A DNA stretch of 64,000 bases. Origin: Bispira polyomma (taxonomy: Eukaryota). The notes under the pieces are model-generated. The model did not search any database and had not been told where the DNA came from. It was given only the letters and a program-made list of their open reading frames with translations. The stretch is from positions 40,424,001-40,488,000 of the forward strand of contig OZ287748.1 in the NCBI GenBank assembly GCA_965649765.1, written 5' to 3'. A program made the translations under genes and the position numbers. Below, one piece after another: positions 59,501-64,000 of this stretch. Numbering within the stretch: position 1 is the first letter of the stretch; every line of letters begins with the position of its first letter.

Positions 59501-60489
59501 AATGTGCCTTACTGATGTGAGGCATCTTCTAAAGCGCAGAACAACAGAATCAATTAACCAATCAAGAAAATATTTAAAAATTGAGAAAGCCTACACCAGG
59601 TCTTGTGATGGAAGCTCAAATGATATGGCTCTTAAGTACGAGTATCTTAGGAGATGCTGTCATAATTCTTCTAAAGACAGTGATGTGTGATGTTGACCAT
59701 TTATCAACATCCTCAAGGTTCTTTAGTCTGCAACGGGGCCTCGGTGGCCTAGTGGTTAGCAAGCATTGCGCTTCACAATCACTGGTCTCTCACCTCTGGG
59801 TGGCGTGAGTTCGAATCCAGCCGATACCTATGTGGGAAAGGTGGTAGTTCCTTACTGTTGGCCGCTGGTTTCTCTGCAGAACCTTGACTGACTGTATGCA
59901 GTGTTTCCTCCAGCGTTTCCAACTACCCGTCCTAATATAACCTACTAAAAGGTACTAGAGTGGACGTTAAATATCCAAATTCAAATTCAAATTTAGTCTG
60001 CAACAAGAGGACAACCATTTGACATAGTTTTCCTGGCATCAAAGTATCTACTTGTACCTAGGAGCCCCAGGCTGGAATCAAACCCATGTACTGGCAGATA
60101 TATAAACTGGTTTACAAGATCTAGTCAGCAAAGTTATTCCAGATACCAAATCGACTGCCTGCTTAACTTGTGAAACAACATATTTCCAAGAACCAACAGT
60201 AGCTCTGGGATATAAACAGTAGTTTGAACAACATATAAATACTCACTTGTCATCAAATAGAAAAGTATTAATTTAAACAAAAATACCTGTGGTAATGTGT
60301 GAAAAGAAAACAATAACCATTGAGTTTACCTCCGCTGTAGCTGCACCCATTATTGCATCTGCTGTTTCAAGATTAAATGAGTCATCAGTCTCCAGATATT
60401 CATTCTCCAGTAATCGAGAATTAGATGCCATGGCACTAAATCCTGAAGCAGCCTGTTTCATTCTCATATTTCTCATTGGTGGTGGATGA
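56579..60489 (-). CDS. F37C4.5-like (DUF4139/DUF4140, MuiA-related) protein, last five exons; 5' exons not identified in this window
   Basis: Exons 60489-60330, 58989-58750 (SAVFEIARLTSIPADNTDHKVSV..VPKLSTFAYLTAKVKNTSQYALLPGPSNIFLDNNFVSK), 58451-58218 (VSPGEEFECSLGIDQSIKVTY..DQLPQSMEEKIK), 57494-57367 (VNLLEP..NVEWTL), 56645-56579 (YSVEHP..stop). All introns are GT-AG with consistent phases. Confidence 0.88.
57827..58290 (-). repeat. Tandem array of ~4 x 121-123 bp spanning a splice donor of the DUF4139 gene
   Basis: The exon end ...GAGGAAAAGAT(T/C)AAG|GTA recurs at 58218 (real), 58097, 57976 and 57853. Confidence 0.95.
59735..59991 (+). mobile_element. Intact tRNA-derived SINE
   Basis: A box TGGCCTAGTGG, B box GAGTTCGAATCC, (CAAATT)n tail, and a 13-bp TSD TTTAGTCTGCAAC at 59722-59734 and 59992-60004. 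Confidence 0.92.
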
Positions 60490-63429
60490 CTGAAAACACA
60501 AAAGAACACATTTCACCAATAGATTATACAGCACAGTATAACCTCTATTATGTGAGCTTCTATTATTTGATTTTGTAAACACATTTCTTCTCTCCAAAAC
60601 TGATCTTTCTCTACTGTTGTATACTACAAGAACTCTTCTTATTAACCTTCAATTATCTAAATCAAATGCTCCCAATACATATTCAGATAATGGCTGTTCA
60701 ACATAAAAATCCGGCCCTTCTAGTGGGTCTGGCTGAGTGAATAGCTTTTTTGTATGTTGCTAAAAGACAAAAGAGCAGCTAGGTAAAAAAACCACAGCTC
60801 TGAATATAGTAACATGGTTTTAATAGAAAATTCTATAGTGAATGTTGACCTTGTGTAATTTTTTGAGGTGAGAAATAACATTGATTCTTGAACTGCATCA
60901 GGAAACATTCTCAGACTGGATTTCTAAGAAATGTCTCAGCCAATCAAATTCTTTAAAAAAATATTCTCAGCCAATAAAATTGCTTGACAGAAAAAGTTAA
61001 GAATTAGAACCTTTGTAAATACCAGCCCTGATTTCAAGACAGAAAACGACCCCACACAGATAGTTCTGAATGGACTGTAACTTTTATTTGAGGCTTATTA
61101 ACACTAAACGCAGAAGACAATTGGCAGTAGTCTAGGTTTCTATTGATCATTAGGGGATCAGCTTGAACAATAAGAGTGTCAAATACAAGATAGTTCCCGA
61201 AAGATCATGAAATCAATGTGATTGTTAAAATCTTGGAGCAACACACATTTCTAAGATAAGTAATATCTAAGTTCTAACATTGTATGAAGGTGACACATCT
61301 TTGATGACTTAAAGACTTCAAGGACTCACTGACAATGAAGTATAGATTTAGTTTTGTCTGAAGTTACTATTAATATGCGATCCAAGCTTGAACTTTGGAC
61401 AACCAGCAAGTAAGGTGAACCTCGTTTGGGTATTTTGAGAGTTCAGATATAAAAAGATGCGAGTTTTATCAACATGTAATGCTGAAGATTACAATTGCTT
61501 ATAACAGTATTGGGAAGTTTAAGACTTTGCATTAGGCTAATTAACCTGATCAATTTCTGACAATGGTAGCAACCAGTTATGTTGGCTACTCATTGCATGA
61601 CAGACATGAAGAATGTCTACGTCAATAACAAACTAGGCCACAGGATGTCTTCATCGGAATGTTCCAAAGCTGATGACCTCGGCTTTCAAATTAACAAGAT
61701 AAAACACGGACAAGTAAAACCATTTTTTTTCTCACCAAGCTTACCAAAAATGAAAATGTGAATAGTACACTAATGAGCCGAAAAATTTAGCATTTGCACT
61801 GAAACTACTACTGATAATAATAGTGTTTTTTTTAATAATTAGGTATGTTTTGTACACAATCAAACAGGACTAGTACAAACAAGGCGTTTTCTAAAACTAC
61901 AAAGGCACCTTAATTGTTTGATTTGTCTTTGTGCCACCAAAAGAGTCGTTCCCACTTCCTTCAAAAAGAAACCATTACCGCTACACTGTTTTGTGTTCTT
62001 TTACTGGAATTACCTGCAACTATTTACATAAGACACGCTTTTTACTACATTTAGCCTTCTAAAAAAAGTTAAGGTTTCTTTTAATCATCCAATATAGATA
62101 TTAAGGCAACAGAGAAGAAATGTACCAGTACTGTGACCTGAAGAGCAAGCTTAATATTTCATACTTGACTAATAAAAAAGAGTTTTATGCTTGTAGAATT
62201 ATGCCTGTACATGTATTTTAAAAAACTCTTAAGTCACATTTTAGTGACCTTTTTGACTGGATACCTTTTTCATTTTTTTATATACACCCTTAACCTTAGA
62301 TTAACTGTCATTCAAAGATCTTTAGTAATGTTAGACTTACAACAACATTTCCTTTATTCTCAAAACACTAGAATGACATTCAGTAGAGTGTGTACCACAT
62401 GCCAAGGTGTCACAGTATCAAAACGAAAAAAAAATTCTCTGGATCCACCTTTCTATTGGATCGGTTCCAAAATTTATTGGACTCCTCCTTAAAGCTCATC
62501 ATGCCCCCATTTCTCCACCAATTGAAAATAATTTTGGTTTTCATAGACCTGTGTTGATTTCCCCTTTAAATTTATGTGGAGCCTTTTACTTCAAATTCTT
62601 TACTATTAAGTAGAAATACTACTTAAGCAGGCATCCCTTGAGGTTAGGCTCAAAAGGGTTTAACTCTACCTACACGTAAACAAAGAAACTAATGGAATCA
62701 GTCTAAAATAATATAGTTTAAAAAATAACAAAATAGAATGTTTGCCGACAACCTAATAATTGGGCTGAGTTTAGAATTCAGTAACACTATTTAAGCTACA
62801 CATAAGACACATATCAAGATCTGAGATGCTGTCAGTTAAACTTAAAACTTCTTTGATCTACTAGATAATTCCAGTTAATTAACTTGTATTTCTTTGTAGG
62901 AATTGCCCAGCATATGAATTACAGATTACTTGTTTTACTTTTTGTGTGACCTTTTCAATACAAAAATTCCACATGTTTTGTGATAACTATCTAAACTGAT
63001 GGTGAATCCAACCGAAGGGGAAAAAAACCTGTTTACAGCTTTAGAGTATAAATAAGACAAAACTTTAACCTCCAAGGGACGATATATTACAATTAACAAA
63101 GATTGTAAAAAGATTTACATTTGAAAAAAACCCCAAAAAAGTACAGTCATAACTAGCATTTAATTGCAAGTTCAAGACAGGATATTGGCTTAGACGGGAT
63201 AAACCAATTAATCAAATCAGTCAAGTAATGTGGCATCAGATTCACTTGAATGTGCATCATAACACTTCAATTTCCGGAGCAAACATACTGCGTAAATGGG
63301 TTACATCAATTAATGTTGGAGAATTTGGATTTTTAAGCCCATAAATGACCAAAACCTCTAGGAAATGACATTACTGACTTGCTAAAATAAACCATTTAAA
63401 TATCAGTATGAATACCTATGCCCTTATTT

Positions 63430-63650
63430 TCTAAACAAAAGCTCAGACTCAACAGCTTAGGACATATCACGAAGCCCAGATACAATGGTCGAAGAACCAA
63501 GTGTTGGAGCAATGGTAAACTACCGACCTATAGCAACGTCTCCTAGTACAAACTTTCCCACATGAAAGAAGTTACAGGGATTCAAACCCACATTGGTGAG
63601 AGGCCAGTGATTGTGAAGCAGGCGCTTCTAACAACTAGGCCACCACTGCA
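63430..63650 (-). mobile_element. tRNA-derived SINE related to 59735-59991
   Basis: Minus strand GGTGGCCTAGTTGTTAG..GCTTCACAATCACTGGCCTCTCACC..GGGTTTGAATCC..ATGTGGGAAAG. More degenerate relatives lie at ~25930-26150, 33400-33600, 36923-37140 and 48590-48820. Confidence 0.75.
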
Positions 63651-64000
63651 CCTTAGTGTATACAGAAGTAACCTTACCTTAACTACTAGGAAAAATACAT
63701 TACTTTGCAACAGTAGAAATGAATTCATAAAAATATTTGAATAAGACGTTAGACAAATAGGAGGTTCGAATGCCCAGTTGAACCTCTTTAGGTCGAATCT
63801 CAAGGGACTGCTATAAATAACTGTACTTAAGCAGGATTTCCGCTTAATAGTGAAGATGTTAAACAATACAGATTTTTTTCTCTACATAACAGGGAAATCA
63901 AGTTAACCCTGTTCTACTTAAAGGGGTTTAACTGTACTTGTTTAAGTAACTGGCTTAAAGTACTTACTACTTTGGTTTGAAGCCAATCTTCACTGTGCTC

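Noticed and set aside
59735-59822. tRNA gene
   Set aside because: A/B boxes are present but there is no clean cloverleaf, and it is followed by a SINE body, tail and TSD.

Overview
AT-rich, intron- and repeat-rich animal genomic DNA. The repeat families and gene content suggest a lophotrochozoan invertebrate, probably a mollusc; this is inference. There is one assembly gap (41189-41325). Four protein-coding genes could be reconstructed by hand from GT-AG junctions: TMEM249/CATSPER-theta-like (minus, one coding exon), ATG5 (minus, 7 coding exons, 274 aa), an MS4A/CD20-like four-TM protein (plus, 5 exons, 231 aa), and the last five exons of an F37C4.5-like DUF4139 protein (minus). Mobile DNA comprises a degenerate L2-type LINE with a 2A-like N-terminal motif, a full-length DIRS1-type retrotransposon (ITRs plus ICR) whose RT core is replaced by unrelated DNA, Helentron/HINE-like elements with internal satellite arrays, hAT-, Mutator-, Harbinger- and Tc1/pogo-like MITEs, and tRNA-derived SINEs. 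The most striking pattern is that each of the three multi-coding-exon genes carries a tandem array whose unit straddles a real splice junction (exon edge + splice site + intron flank). These arrays create about 3 to 24 decoy splice sites next to the functional one.
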